From an uncultured Desulfospira sp. (GTDB lineage: Bacteria > Desulfobacterota > Desulfobacteria > Desulfobacterales > Desulfobacteraceae): DNA of 64,000 nt. The notes under the pieces are model-generated. The model ran no database searches. It was not told the DNA's origin and saw nothing but the letters and a program-made list of their open reading frames with translations. This document shows, in pieces, positions 28,753-38,383 of this stretch (within the stretch, counting starts at the first letter, position 1; each line of letters begins with the position of its first letter). The translations under genes and the position numbers were made by a program. Location of the stretch: NCBI GenBank assembly GCA_963663165.1, contig OY760175.1:6368001-6432000 (forward strand), in the 5' to 3' direction.

Positions 28753-30734
28753 GAATTTTCCTTTTTTTGCGGCTTTTGTTTTTCAGCCTGGTGGGCCTGC
28801 TGTCCGTTGCGGTCCTTGCCGTCATGTTCCTGGTCCTTTACGTGTCCCATGACCTGCCCAAAGTGCCCCAGGATTTGAACCGGATCATTGAAATGCCCCG
28901 GACCATGGTCTACGCTTCTAACGGCCAGGTGGTCATGGTGCTTGGGGAACAAAAGTCCGTTCCGCTGTCCATGGTGTCCCGGGATTTTATCAATGCGGTG
29001 CTGGCGGTGGAAGACCATCTGTTTTTTGACCATCACGGGATCAATAAGCTGCGGACCGTTAAAGGGCTTTATGTCACCTTATTCAAGCCCGGCCGGGTGG
29101 AGGGGGCCTCAACCCTGACCCAGCAGCTGGCCAAAAACCTTTTTTTCAGCTTTGAAAAATCCTTTAAGCGAAAATTCCAGGAAATGCTCATTGCCTTCCA
29201 GATTGAGGCGGCCCACACCAAAAACGAAATCCTTGAAGCCTATGTGAATCAGATTCATTTCGGTGCCGGGGCTCAAGGGGTCGAAAAGGCATCGGAAACC
29301 TTTTTCAACAAACCGGCCGTTGATTTAACCTTGCCTGAGGCCACGCTTCTGGCGGGTCTCACCAAATCCCCCACCGCCTACAACCCCTTTAAACATTATG
29401 ACAAGGCCCTGGAACGTCGGGACATTGTTTTGAACCGCATGGCGGCTCTCGGGATGATCACCCGGGCCGAGAAAATAGAGGCCGCCCAGACCAAACCCGA
29501 ACTTTATGCCAGAAAACGCGATTCCAGAAGCGGATCGTATTTTCTGGATGCCGTGATACAGACCCTTATTGACATGTACGGGGAAACCGTGGTCTTCCAT
29601 GGGGGACTGCGGGTGTTTTCAACCCTGGATATCCGGCTTCAGGCCTATGCCGAACAATCCTTGAAAAACGGGCTGGCCAGGCTGGACGACCTCATGGGCC
29701 TTGCCGAAGATGCCCCTGTCCGTCCCCAGGGGGCCCTGGCGGCCCTGGAAACCGGGTCCGGTGCGGTCCGGGCGTTGACCGGGGGCCGGGATTATTATGA
29801 AAGCGAATTTAACCGGGCCGTCAACGGCCGGCGGCAGCCGGGTTCCGGGTTCAAACCCTTTGTCTATTATACGGCGTTCAGGGAAAAAGGGCTTCATCCG
29901 GGCAGTGTCCTGACCGATAAGCCAATCACCATCAAGGTGGTGGGCGCCCCGGACTGGGAGCCGAAAAATTTTGAAAAACGGTTTTCCGGGAACATGGTTC
30001 TCAAAATGGCCCTGACCAATTCTGTTAATACCATTGCGGCCCAGTTGGTGGAAATGACCGGTCCCAAAGCTGTGATTGAAACCGCGAAACTGTGCGGGAT
30101 TAAAAGTCCGTTAAACCCTGTGTTTTCCATTGCCCTGGGAACCTCGGGGGTCACCCCCCTGGAAATGGCATCAGGCTATTCCGTGTTTGCAGGCCTCGGG
30201 GGGCGGCATGATTCATATTTGATCCAGCGGGTGGAAGACCCATTGGGAAGAATTTTATTGGAGCATATTGTCCAGGACCGGCAGGTCCTTGAGCCGGCCC
30301 TGGCCTACCAAGTGGTGGATATGATGAAGGCCGTCATCGACTCCGGGTCGGGAAGGGCCGTCCGAAAATCCGGATTTGCCCGGGCCGCCGCCGGAAAGAC
30401 CGGCACCACAGACAATTATAACGATGCCTGGTTTACAGGGTTTACCCCGGGGCTGTGTACATCGGTCTGGACCGGTTTTGACAAACAGCAGTCCATGAGG
30501 GATAAATCCGGCCGGGGCATCACCGGGGGCAGGGGGGCAGCCCCCATCTGGGCCGAGTTCATGTCCATGGCCCTTGAGGGGGAACCGGAAAGGGATTTTC
30601 CCATCCCGGACCATATCCGTTTTGTGGCCATTGACCGGACCACGGGCTGCCTTCCGGGCCCGGAATTCAGCGAAGCGCCCGTGTCCGTGGTAACCGTTCC
30701 GTTAAAGACCGGCCAGACCGTTTGTGGAGAGTGA
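28749..30734 (+). CDS. Penicillin-binding protein 1A family (transglycosylase/transpeptidase)
   Basis: EDHLFFDHHG, GASTLTQQLAKN, SGFK, SVN and KTG. Confidence 0.95.
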   Translation: MRIFLFLRLLFFSLVGLLSVAVLAVMFLVLYVSHDLPKVPQDLNRIIEMPRTMVYASNGQVVMVLGEQKSVPLSMVSRDFINAVLAVEDHLFFDHHGINKLRTVKGLYVTLFKPGRVEGASTLTQQLAKNLFFSFEKSFKRKFQEMLIAFQIEAAHTKNEILEAYVNQIHFGAGAQGVEKASETFFNKPAVDLTLPEATLLAGLTKSPTAYNPFKHYDKALERRDIVLNRMAALGMITRAEKIEAAQTKPELYARKRDSRSGSYFLDAVIQTLIDMYGETVVFHGGLRVFSTLDIRLQAYAEQSLKNGLARLDDLMGLAEDAPVRPQGALAALETGSGAVRALTGGRDYYESEFNRAVNGRRQPGSGFKPFVYYTAFREKGLHPGSVLTDKPITIKVVGAPDWEPKNFEKRFSGNMVLKMALTNSVNTIAAQLVEMTGPKAVIETAKLCGIKSPLNPVFSIALGTSGVTPLEMASGYSVFAGLGGRHDSYLIQRVEDPLGRILLEHIVQDRQVLEPALAYQVVDMMKAVIDSGSGRAVRKSGFARAAAGKTGTTDNYNDAWFTGFTPGLCTSVWTGFDKQQSMRDKSGRGITGGRGAAPIWAEFMSMALEGEPERDFPIPDHIRFVAIDRTTGCLPGPEFSEAPVSVVTVPLKTGQTVCGE

Positions 30735-32101
30735 TGATTCGGATTCTTAGACATTTTTGCGTCAGCCTGTGGACCTCCTGCATGGTGTCCATTCCCTTGA
30801 GCCTGTACGCATTTGTCCGGCTGAACACCATTTTCTCAGGGGTGGGGCCCGGGTGGGTGGGCTGTATTTTAATCCCGGTCTGCTTTATCTTCACGGCCCT
30901 GTGCTTTGATTTAACGGGAAGGGCCATGATCAAAAGCCTGCTCAGGGAGGCGGATGTCTGGGAGCAAAGCGGGGTTTCAAAGCGGGCTGAAAACCGGTAT
31001 CTCAAAGCCCTCAGGGTTTATGACAGCTTTTTGCTCTTTCCCTTGACGGCCGGACGGATCGGCACCCTGATCGTCCATGGGCTGGCCCGGCATACACCGG
31101 AACCGGAGCTTGGGAACCAGGCCATGATCAATGAGGTTCTGTTCTGGTATCTGTGCCGGCACCCCAAAGATGAACTGGTGGCCGAAGTCTGGCTTTCCCG
31201 GCTCCGGAATTACCCCAAAAAGATCCAGGGCCGTAAAGTATCGGGCCTGCTCACTGATCTGGCTGAACTATACCATTCTCATAAAACCATCCGCCCCCTG
31301 CTGGCCGGTGCCTTTCTGGTGTCCGGCAGGACAGACTATCCGGCCCGCAAGGTATTGGCCAATATCCTGAAAGACCCGAACCTGAAATCGGAATACCGGG
31401 AAAAGATTGAACGCTTGACCGGGACCGGAAAGACGGACCCGGACGGACTTAAGACATCAGACCCGGCCGGCGCCATGACGTTGGGCGAGTATGCCGGTCT
31501 TTCTTCGGAATTTGAAGACGGGCCCGGCCCCATACGACCATCGGATCACTCCCAGAGAACCGGTCTGTTTACAGGCCTTGCCGCTGTTGCCGCCGGGGGA
31601 GCTGCCCTGGTGTTGACCCTCTTGAGAATTGTGTTTGTCTTTATTTTGTGGGGGTCTATTGCATGGATGGGAAAAACCCTGGCCCGCCTGTACTCAGTCG
31701 CGGCAGACCTTATCCGGGGCAGCGAAAACCTAGGCCGGATTTTGCGGATATCCATTGTAAGCCTTGTGCTGATCGCCCTTTCCGCCTTTATCGTGAATAC
31801 GGTCTCCCACGTTCAGACCCCGTCGGTCCCCCCCCAGGAACTCAAGCCCGTTGAAGTCGAGATCCCCAAACCCTTTACCATACAGGTGGCGGCTTATCTT
31901 AAACAGGCCCATGCCGACCGGTTTGTGGCGACGTTGAAAAAAGAGGACATTCCGGCTCAGGTCAAACTGATCCCCGGCGGCGGAAAAACCTGGTATGTGG
32001 TCCGGGTATCCGCGTTCCCGGACAAGGCCTCGGCCGAAGCCTTTGGGAAACAATTAAAAGACCGGAAAATGATCGAAGAATTTTTTGTCTGCAACCGGTA
32101 G
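30734..32101 (+). CDS. Membrane protein with a C-terminal SPOR domain (start uncertain)
   Basis: TM segments; FTIQVAAY...WYVVRV SPOR signature. Confidence 0.8.
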   Translation: MIRILRHFCVSLWTSCMVSIPLSLYAFVRLNTIFSGVGPGWVGCILIPVCFIFTALCFDLTGRAMIKSLLREADVWEQSGVSKRAENRYLKALRVYDSFLLFPLTAGRIGTLIVHGLARHTPEPELGNQAMINEVLFWYLCRHPKDELVAEVWLSRLRNYPKKIQGRKVSGLLTDLAELYHSHKTIRPLLAGAFLVSGRTDYPARKVLANILKDPNLKSEYREKIERLTGTGKTDPDGLKTSDPAGAMTLGEYAGLSSEFEDGPGPIRPSDHSQRTGLFTGLAAVAAGGAALVLTLLRIVFVFILWGSIAWMGKTLARLYSVAADLIRGSENLGRILRISIVSLVLIALSAFIVNTVSHVQTPSVPPQELKPVEVEIPKPFTIQVAAYLKQAHADRFVATLKKEDIPAQVKLIPGGGKTWYVVRVSAFPDKASAEAFGKQLKDRKMIEEFFVCNR

Positions 32102-32518
32102 GCTGGCGGCTGCGGCCCTCTATTAAGTGAATCATTTTTTTTGGCTGGAATCAGGGTGCTTTCGGCCCATTTGATTTATGCAGCCAATGGTTGCAGTTTA
32201 TCATTACGCTGGATTTTCTGTGATTCAGCCAGGCTAAATTTCAAATGTCACAGTACTTGTCCTATCAGTGTCACAGCTCAGTGTCGTCGTCTGTCATGGC
32301 TTGATAGAGCATAATGGCATGCCGGGGCTGTAGGTACGGTTCACCCCATGCCCCTCGGTTTGTTCAGCCAAATTTCATATGTCAGGCACCCAATAACGAA
32401 AAAAGTCAACACCACTTCAATGAAGATTTGGGGGGGGCATAAATAGACAAAGCTGTCGCCCATCACCCAGGTCAAAAACTCGCAAAGAGAAGTGATTTCG
32501 GGGCGTTCAATATTAATA

Positions 32519-32573
32519 ATAGTCCGGGGTTTAAAACCAGCATTGGGGGTATGTTGCTTGTAACAAAGTCCTC
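32519..32573 (+). repeat. Bipartite motif copy 1 (candidate recombination/end site) upstream of the recombinase
   Basis: ATAGTCCGGGGT-N36-AGTCCTC; matches the reverse complements of 56174-56236 and 57105-57167. Confidence 0.65.
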
Positions 32574-32723
32574 AGTGAAATATTAAAGATGCTGGTGTTA
32601 TTCAAAACCGATATCTTTTCCCCTGATCATGGCCTGTCAGTTGAAAAATATTTTTCATGTTTTAAAAGATCTGACTGGGGGCTCTTTCAAAGTGAACCTC
32701 AATTTTTATCAAAGGAGAGCATC

Positions 32724-33714
32724 ATGAAAACATCAAATGCCATTGACACTTTTCTGAATTATCAAAAAATGAATTCAAAAAAAACACCATAAGAAATTAT
32801 GGCTTTTTTCTGACACGATTTAAAAAGGAATATGGCTTTTTTGAAATATCAAAAATCACATCTGAACAGGTTATGATTTTTTTGACCAAGGATGCTGATG
32901 GTCAAAAGCAATCAACGAAGAAACTCAAATTTTCAATGCTCAGGTCATTTTTCAATTTTGTCAAAGATTCATGTAACTATTCAGCTAATGCTGAAAACTA
33001 AGCAAAATCAGGGTCCGTAACTGTTCATCAGTGCTTCATATTTGTTTAGTCAGGACTTCGTAGCATACTTTTGCTATGTGAGAAGGCCTGAATGAGCGAA
33101 GATGGGGCACTGCTGAACAGTTACAGATTCATTTGATTCAACATTCTCAAATCCATGTGATACTCCAATATTGAGGAAAACATTTAAAACAGCCAAAGGG
33201 AGGTCGTGGACAATTCTAGGGATGTTGTGGACGAAATTATCTTTAAGACAAATAATTCCAGAAACCGATTGATGCTCGAGCTGATGGCAAGAGGTGGGAT
33301 GAGAGTTGGAGAGGTTTTGAAATTAAAAGCCAAGAATGTGCACGGCAGGAAGTTGCTTTAACTGATCCGAAAAGCGGAAATCAGACCGAGATTGTTTTTA
33401 TCTCTAAAAAAGTAGCGGATCGTTTACGGGAATATATCACCACCGGCAAGATAGGAGATGACCATAACGTGTTTCCATTTGGATACACCAGAGCACGTGA
33501 AATCGTTCAAAATGATGGAAAAATGATAAATGTGAATTTGAATCCCCACGATCTTAGACGACATGCTGCCACTTATGCAAGCAGATCAGGGGTGCCCATT
33601 GAAATCGTTTCGAAGATAATCCTCCGCCATGCGAATCTGTCAACGACCCAGCGGTATCTTGGAAAAGTCAGTGACACAGAGGCTATGAACTGGATCGATA
33701 ATCTTTACAGATAA
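32724..33714 (+). pseudogene. Tyrosine recombinase/integrase pseudogene
   Basis: AGGAG plus ATG 32724. The stitched translation contains GMRVGE (R), PKSG (K), HDLRRH (HxxR), LRHA (H) and TQRY (Y). It is broken by an A8 frame change at 32777-32784, an insertion at 32973-33124 and frameshifts near 33218 and 33358. Confidence 0.9.
32973..33124. mobile_element. 152-bp MITE inserted in the recombinase gene
   Basis: TIRs GTAACTATTCAGC / GCTGAACAGTTAC; 8-bp direct duplication AGATTCAT at 32965-32972 and 33125-33132; removing it restores FVKDSFDSTFSNPC. Confidence 0.92.
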
Positions 33715-33841
33715 AATTTTTGGGGGCTGGTAAACTCCGGTCCCCGATTAACTTCGGCCAGGTCTTTAAAAAGAGATCCAATGCTGGCTAACGTTGTGAG
33801 ACGCCGTGAGGGGAAACATTTTCTTTAAAATCTGAAAATCG

Positions 33842-34654
33842 TCATTGAGCCCAGCCTCTATTTGTCGGGTCGGGCATCCGTTGAACTTGGACATTTATAC
33901 TTAACAGGTCCACTGGATCTCCGAATTGTGTGTAGATGGCAACATCGGCCGCATCTCGGCCATAAGCGATTGCAATCCGTCCTCCTTTCAGATCGGGCCG
34001 CGTCGGATCAAATGTATACCACCGATTTCCAACATATGCCTCAAACCAGGCGTGCAAATCCATTGGCTCAAGTGCCTCAAGGTAACCGACTACCATACGG
34101 GCAGGTATCGATAACGCCCGGCTAAAAGCGATCCCCAAATGGGCCAGATCCCGACAGACGCCGTGGCCAAGCTGGGTTACCTCAGAGGCACTTAGGATCT
34201 GCTGCCCATCACCAGGGGTATATCCTATCGAACCCCTGATATAATCAACAATGGCCTGGCATTGATCGTATCCTAAGCGGCGGCCTTTCGTAATCGATGC
34301 CGCCATTCCCGTGAAGCGGTCCGATTCACAATAACGGCTGGGGTACAGAAAAGGCAGGGTGGCGTCCGGCAATTCCTGCACCTCGATGAACGGTGCGCCG
34401 GGAGCCCTGTCGGAATTTTCCGCAGTCTCGATATCAACAGAGGTACGAACTGAAAAATCACCGGCCGGTGCGACCAGTCTTTGACATAGATTGCCGAAGG
34501 AATCCGTAAACTCTGCCGCCGGCACGCTGGGTGATAAAAGATATTCTTCGCGTGTGATCCACTGCTGCCGCCCGCTACGGGGGCGAAGCATCAGCAAAAA
34601 CGGGGTTGGAGCCGATATCTGAAATTCAATTAGACAGGATGCATTTAACCGCAT
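33842..34654 (-). CDS. Transglutaminase-like family protein
   Basis: [13 protein letters not shown] and FDPT supply the Cys-His-Asp triad; YGRDAADVA. Confidence 0.9.
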   Translation of the reverse strand: MRLNASCLIEFQISAPTPFLLMLRPRSGRQQWITREEYLLSPSVPAAEFTDSFGNLCQRLVAPAGDFSVRTSVDIETAENSDRAPGAPFIEVQELPDATLPFLYPSRYCESDRFTGMAASITKGRRLGYDQCQAIVDYIRGSIGYTPGDGQQILSASEVTQLGHGVCRDLAHLGIAFSRALSIPARMVVGYLEALEPMDLHAWFEAYVGNRWYTFDPTRPDLKGGRIAIAYGRDAADVAIYTQFGDPVDLLSINVQVQRMPDPTNRGWAQ

Positions 34655-34663
34655 GATACTCCT

Positions 34664-35803
34664 TTAAATAGACAAACGATCTTTTCTCCATTTTAGAGTG
34701 GACCTCAATCCTTCCTTGGCGACCATTGCTCCTTCGATTTCGTCGAAAAGCGCAAAATTCACGGCATTTATGAGATCAATATTTCTATTCGCACTGTCCT
34801 TAAATGGATCTTGGTTTAGAACTTCCTGGTAAACAGATCGGAATTCATTCAGTCTGCGCTTTTTGAATATTTTCTGAAAAAAGCTTTTAGAGCGCTGGGA
34901 AAAACCTAATTTTTTGAGCCGTCTCATGATGTACGCAAGGGTTCTCGTTGTTGTTTTAAACCCGAATGTTTCTTCCAATACCGATTTAAGGGCCGGGGGC
35001 ACCTGCAATGGGTCGGCAAGGCCATTAATCGTTTCTTTTTCCTCCGATTCTGGTGGAATCGAAATTTTTATATTTCCTTTGGACTTTAGAGGCCTTTTCA
35101 AGCTATAGGCCTCGACGTCCCGGCACAATTGCTCAGCCTGCATGGCGGCGGCCTGCAGATAAGCGCTCAGATTATAGAAACCTGAGTGTATATGTCCTGG
35201 AAGCGTGTCTCCGATCCGACTGTAGCTGTATCTGTATTTATGGTCAATTTCCCCCCATGCCTCCTCAAGAATGGTCCTCAATTGCAGTTCAATCTGAATG
35301 TGTTTAAATGCTTGGCCTGCATCTGAATTCTCACCCAGTTTGACCTGGTAGTGAATTGAAGAGTATCCGCTATACTGGAGGCTGACATCCTTTGGGACGG
35401 CCTTGCCAGGATCTATCGGTAAAACAAATGTTCTTTTATAATCGGGTTGTTGTATGAAAGTTAATATTTTTTCTTCCACTAAATATTCAAGATACGCCTC
35501 GACGTTCACAATGTCTGAAAGGCGGAGACAAACAATCCGGATACCAATAATATCGCCAATCCTTTCCTTGAAATTTTTATGTGTGATCGGCGCCATATTG
35601 GATTCCGGACTGATATTTTCCTGGTCGATTTTTTCTATGAGCCTTGATGCGTCTTTGATCCTGTACAGAATGGTATGTATGCTCTCCTTTGGGGCGGAAG
35701 GATCGTCTTCTAGCAGCCGGACAACATACTCGGCAAGTTTTTTGTAATTCTCTTTTTCCTTGAAAAAAGAGATCAGTAAATCGTCTCTTTGTTTTTTTCT
35801 CAA
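34664..35803 (-). CDS. RelA/SpoT synthetase-domain protein (small alarmone synthetase-like) with C-terminal extension; TTG start
   Basis: RIKDASRLIEK, DIIGIRI, GYSSIHY and ELQLRT..EEAWGEIDHKYRY. Confidence 0.85.
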   Translation of the reverse strand: MRKKQRDDLLISFFKEKENYKKLAEYVVRLLEDDPSAPKESIHTILYRIKDASRLIEKIDQENISPESNMAPITHKNFKERIGDIIGIRIVCLRLSDIVNVEAYLEYLVEEKILTFIQQPDYKRTFVLPIDPGKAVPKDVSLQYSGYSSIHYQVKLGENSDAGQAFKHIQIELQLRTILEEAWGEIDHKYRYSYSRIGDTLPGHIHSGFYNLSAYLQAAAMQAEQLCRDVEAYSLKRPLKSKGNIKISIPPESEEKETINGLADPLQVPPALKSVLEETFGFKTTTRTLAYIMRRLKKLGFSQRSKSFFQKIFKKRRLNEFRSVYQEVLNQDPFKDSANRNIDLINAVNFALFDEIEGAMVAKEGLRSTLKWRKDRLSI

Positions 35804-35894
35804 TAGTTAAATCCTTTTTGGGGCTTATCATCATGGCCTTTTTGTCTGCTGTTTTTTTCAGCGGTCCCATACGCGTTAAAACTTCCGGCCGTTA

Positions 35895-35943
35895 ACCCTG
35901 CGCATGGCCCTATACCCTGCGCATGGCCCTATACACTGCGCAT
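35895..35943. repeat. 19-bp tandem duplication spanning the GH130 stop codon
   Basis: ACCCTGCGCATGGCCCTAT x2 plus a partial copy. Confidence 0.85.
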
Positions 35944-37404
35944 CGCATTGATCAGATGACTCACAGAAACCGTTGCGATGCCCGAATTAATATCGGACAT
36001 GGCATAGGGAATGACCAGCTCATTGCGATGGATGATTGAACCGCAGGAGTAGACGACGTTTGGAACATACCCCTCCCGCTCTTTTTCAGTGGGAGCCAAA
36101 AGCGGTTGTTCAAGCCGTGCGATGACCTTGCGCGGGTTTTCAAGATCAAGGAGCATGGCACCGATGCAGTATTGCCGCATGGGCCCGACGCCATGGGTCA
36201 GAACGAGCCAGCCTTTCTCAGTCTCCATGGGCGAACCGCAGTTGCCGATCTGGACAAATTCCCAGGGATACTCGGGCATCTGGATCATATGAGAGGTTCT
36301 CCAGAAGTGCAGGTGTTTTGAAAACATAATATGGTTGCTCTCACCATCCTGCCGGGACAGCATGGCAAACTGGCCCTTAATCTTCCGGGGGAACAGGGCC
36401 AGGCCTTTATCCTGTGCTGCTTTTCCGTTCAGCATTGTAATTTTAAAACTGATAAAATCCCTGGTTTCGATCAGCTGGGGTAAAATGGTCACCCCGTTAT
36501 ACGCCGTATAGGTTGCATAGTAGGTTGAGTCTCCATTATCATCAAAGAACTGAACAAACCGCGCATCTTCTATCCCGCGGCTCTCATTTCTGGAAACCGG
36601 AAAGATGACCCGCTCGGAGATGCGGTGATTCGAATGGAAATCCACCTCATAATTGGAGTCCGAAAGCCAGTTGATAATCTCAAAGGTCCTGTTCTGTCCG
36701 GTTTTTGAAAATTGAGGGTGTTTATGAAGCCTTCCCATTTCCCTGCCCAGTTCTTCCTTGCTGAATTCTTCGGGAAGCGCATTGAGGACATGGGTGCAGA
36801 TATCGGAATCTGCATTCATTTCCCTGAGCTTGTGCTCAAAGAGCTTTCGCTTGTATAAGGGGTTCAACTTCAGTTCCGGTGTCTCCACAAACTCACTGAC
36901 CGGGTCAAACCGGAAGGTGTTGTACCGGTTCAGCACACCGCTTCTGAAAACAATGGAAGAAATATGGCCTTCACCGGTGGCCCGCAAACTCATGACAAAC
37001 CGGAGGCTGCCTTCTTCAAGATTGTCCTGAATTGGATGCGGCACAATGGATGGATTGAAAAGCGCTGCGGATTCAATGGCATACTCCTTTGTAAAATACG
37101 CGCCGATCAATGTTCTTTCCGTGTCACTGAGCAAGGTCTCTTTTTTAATTTGGTGTTTTACCAGGTTGAAGTGCCGTTCAAAAATATGGACCAGGTCGTC
37201 GTGGCGCCTGGAAAACTCTTTCATGATCTGTGTTAATAATCTGTTGCCCTCCTTCTGGGTCAGGCCGCGGATTCGCTGGATGATCGAGGCGATGCGCCTG
37301 GCATCAGCCGGGAGATGGGGTCTTGTAATGACACGGGAGGTATCCCCGACGATTTTATTGGGTTTTCTTGTGATCGTCAGGTTGCCATGGCTTTTTTTCG
37401 GCAT
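35929..37404 (-). CDS. Glycoside hydrolase family 130 protein (long form)
   Basis: ESAALFNP, GIEDARFV, YTAYNG, IGNCGSP and GYVPNVVYSCG. Confidence 0.9.
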   Translation of the reverse strand: MPKKSHGNLTITRKPNKIVGDTSRVITRPHLPADARRIASIIQRIRGLTQKEGNRLLTQIMKEFSRRHDDLVHIFERHFNLVKHQIKKETLLSDTERTLIGAYFTKEYAIESAALFNPSIVPHPIQDNLEEGSLRFVMSLRATGEGHISSIVFRSGVLNRYNTFRFDPVSEFVETPELKLNPLYKRKLFEHKLREMNADSDICTHVLNALPEEFSKEELGREMGRLHKHPQFSKTGQNRTFEIINWLSDSNYEVDFHSNHRISERVIFPVSRNESRGIEDARFVQFFDDNGDSTYYATYTAYNGVTILPQLIETRDFISFKITMLNGKAAQDKGLALFPRKIKGQFAMLSRQDGESNHIMFSKHLHFWRTSHMIQMPEYPWEFVQIGNCGSPMETEKGWLVLTHGVGPMRQYCIGAMLLDLENPRKVIARLEQPLLAPTEKEREGYVPNVVYSCGSIIHRNELVIPYAMSDINSGIATVSVSHLINAMRSV

Positions 37405-37431
37405 CAATGTCTTTCCTAATTCAGTTCAGGG

Positions 37432-38373
37432 TTACATGGGCGGACGATTCGACAGACGGCACAGGGAGACAAGATCACAAATCTTTGCCGTACCCGCGCA
37501 CATCACCGTATCTGCTCCCCCCCAGTAAATTTTCAGCATTCCGTCATCTTCAGGTACAGCACCGCAGCTAAACACCACATTGGGGACATAGCCGGTCTGT
37601 TCCCAGACCTCTTCGGGCTGCAGGATCCATTGATCAGACACCCCGGTCACCCTGGAAGGGTCTGATAAATCATGCAGCGCCGCCCCAAGCCGGTATACGG
37701 TTCCGGACATGGTTTTAAAAACACCGTGGTAGATATGAAGCCAGCCCTCATCCGTCTTAATGGGCGGTGCGCCAGGGCCGATTTTCATTTCATCCCAGTG
37801 GTAGGGTAAGGGCTTGATGACAACCTGTGAGTCCCCCCAGTAAATCAGGTCCGGGGAATAGGAAATCCAGATGGACCAGGGAGAAATTTCCGAGTGGGGA
37901 CGGTCCAGACGGACATACCGGCCATCAATTTTTTCAGGAAAGATCACCACATTGCGCAGATCGGCCTGGGTGATCAGGGCAATCCGTTCGATTTTTTCAA
38001 AATCACAGGTCCGGGCCAGGGCAATGCGAACCCCGTGGCGGGAATAGGCACTGTAGGTGAGAAGGTATGAGCCCTCAACCGGGTTGATGCGCAAATCCTC
38101 GACCCCGAAGGCTTCGTATTCGGCAAAACGTCCACTGGATGCCGGCGTTAAAAAGGGTTCCGGGCTGACTGTGAAAGTAAAGCCATCCGGGCTGTCCGCC
38201 CTTCCGATGACAGACCGTCCGTTTTTCAAATGGGACCGGAACAGCATGATATAGCGGTCTTTGTATCTGACCACCCCGGCATTGTGCACCGTTACAACGG
38301 GATAGGGCACATCCTCCCGGGTCAGTATCGGGTTTTTGGGGTAACGCGTCACAATATCCTGGATTTTATCCAT
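37432..38373 (-). CDS. Glycoside hydrolase family 130 protein (mannoside phosphorylase-like)
   Basis: NPILT, VHNAG, GVEDLRI, KIGPGAPP and GYVPNVVFSCG; ATG 38373 preferred over 38433. Confidence 0.9.
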   Translation of the reverse strand: MDKIQDIVTRYPKNPILTREDVPYPVVTVHNAGVVRYKDRYIMLFRSHLKNGRSVIGRADSPDGFTFTVSPEPFLTPASSGRFAEYEAFGVEDLRINPVEGSYLLTYSAYSRHGVRIALARTCDFEKIERIALITQADLRNVVIFPEKIDGRYVRLDRPHSEISPWSIWISYSPDLIYWGDSQVVIKPLPYHWDEMKIGPGAPPIKTDEGWLHIYHGVFKTMSGTVYRLGAALHDLSDPSRVTGVSDQWILQPEEVWEQTGYVPNVVFSCGAVPEDDGMLKIYWGGADTVMCAGTAKICDLVSLCRLSNRPPM

Positions 38374-38383
38374 TTGAGTCCTT

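Noticed and set aside
32380..32400. GGCACC(C)AATAAC similarity to the reverse complement near 56111-56123, and TGTCAGGCACC match near 63438
   Set aside because: The matches are too short and gapped to distinguish from chance without a statistical test.
32101..32520. tRNA or tmRNA integration target at the island border
   Set aside because: No cloverleaf or T-loop (GTTCRA) signature was seen on either strand.
33785..33815. GCTAAC.. motif after the recombinase as an integron attC site
   Set aside because: No matching GTTRRRY end or attC hairpin was found, and the recombinase shows no evident IntI-specific insertion.
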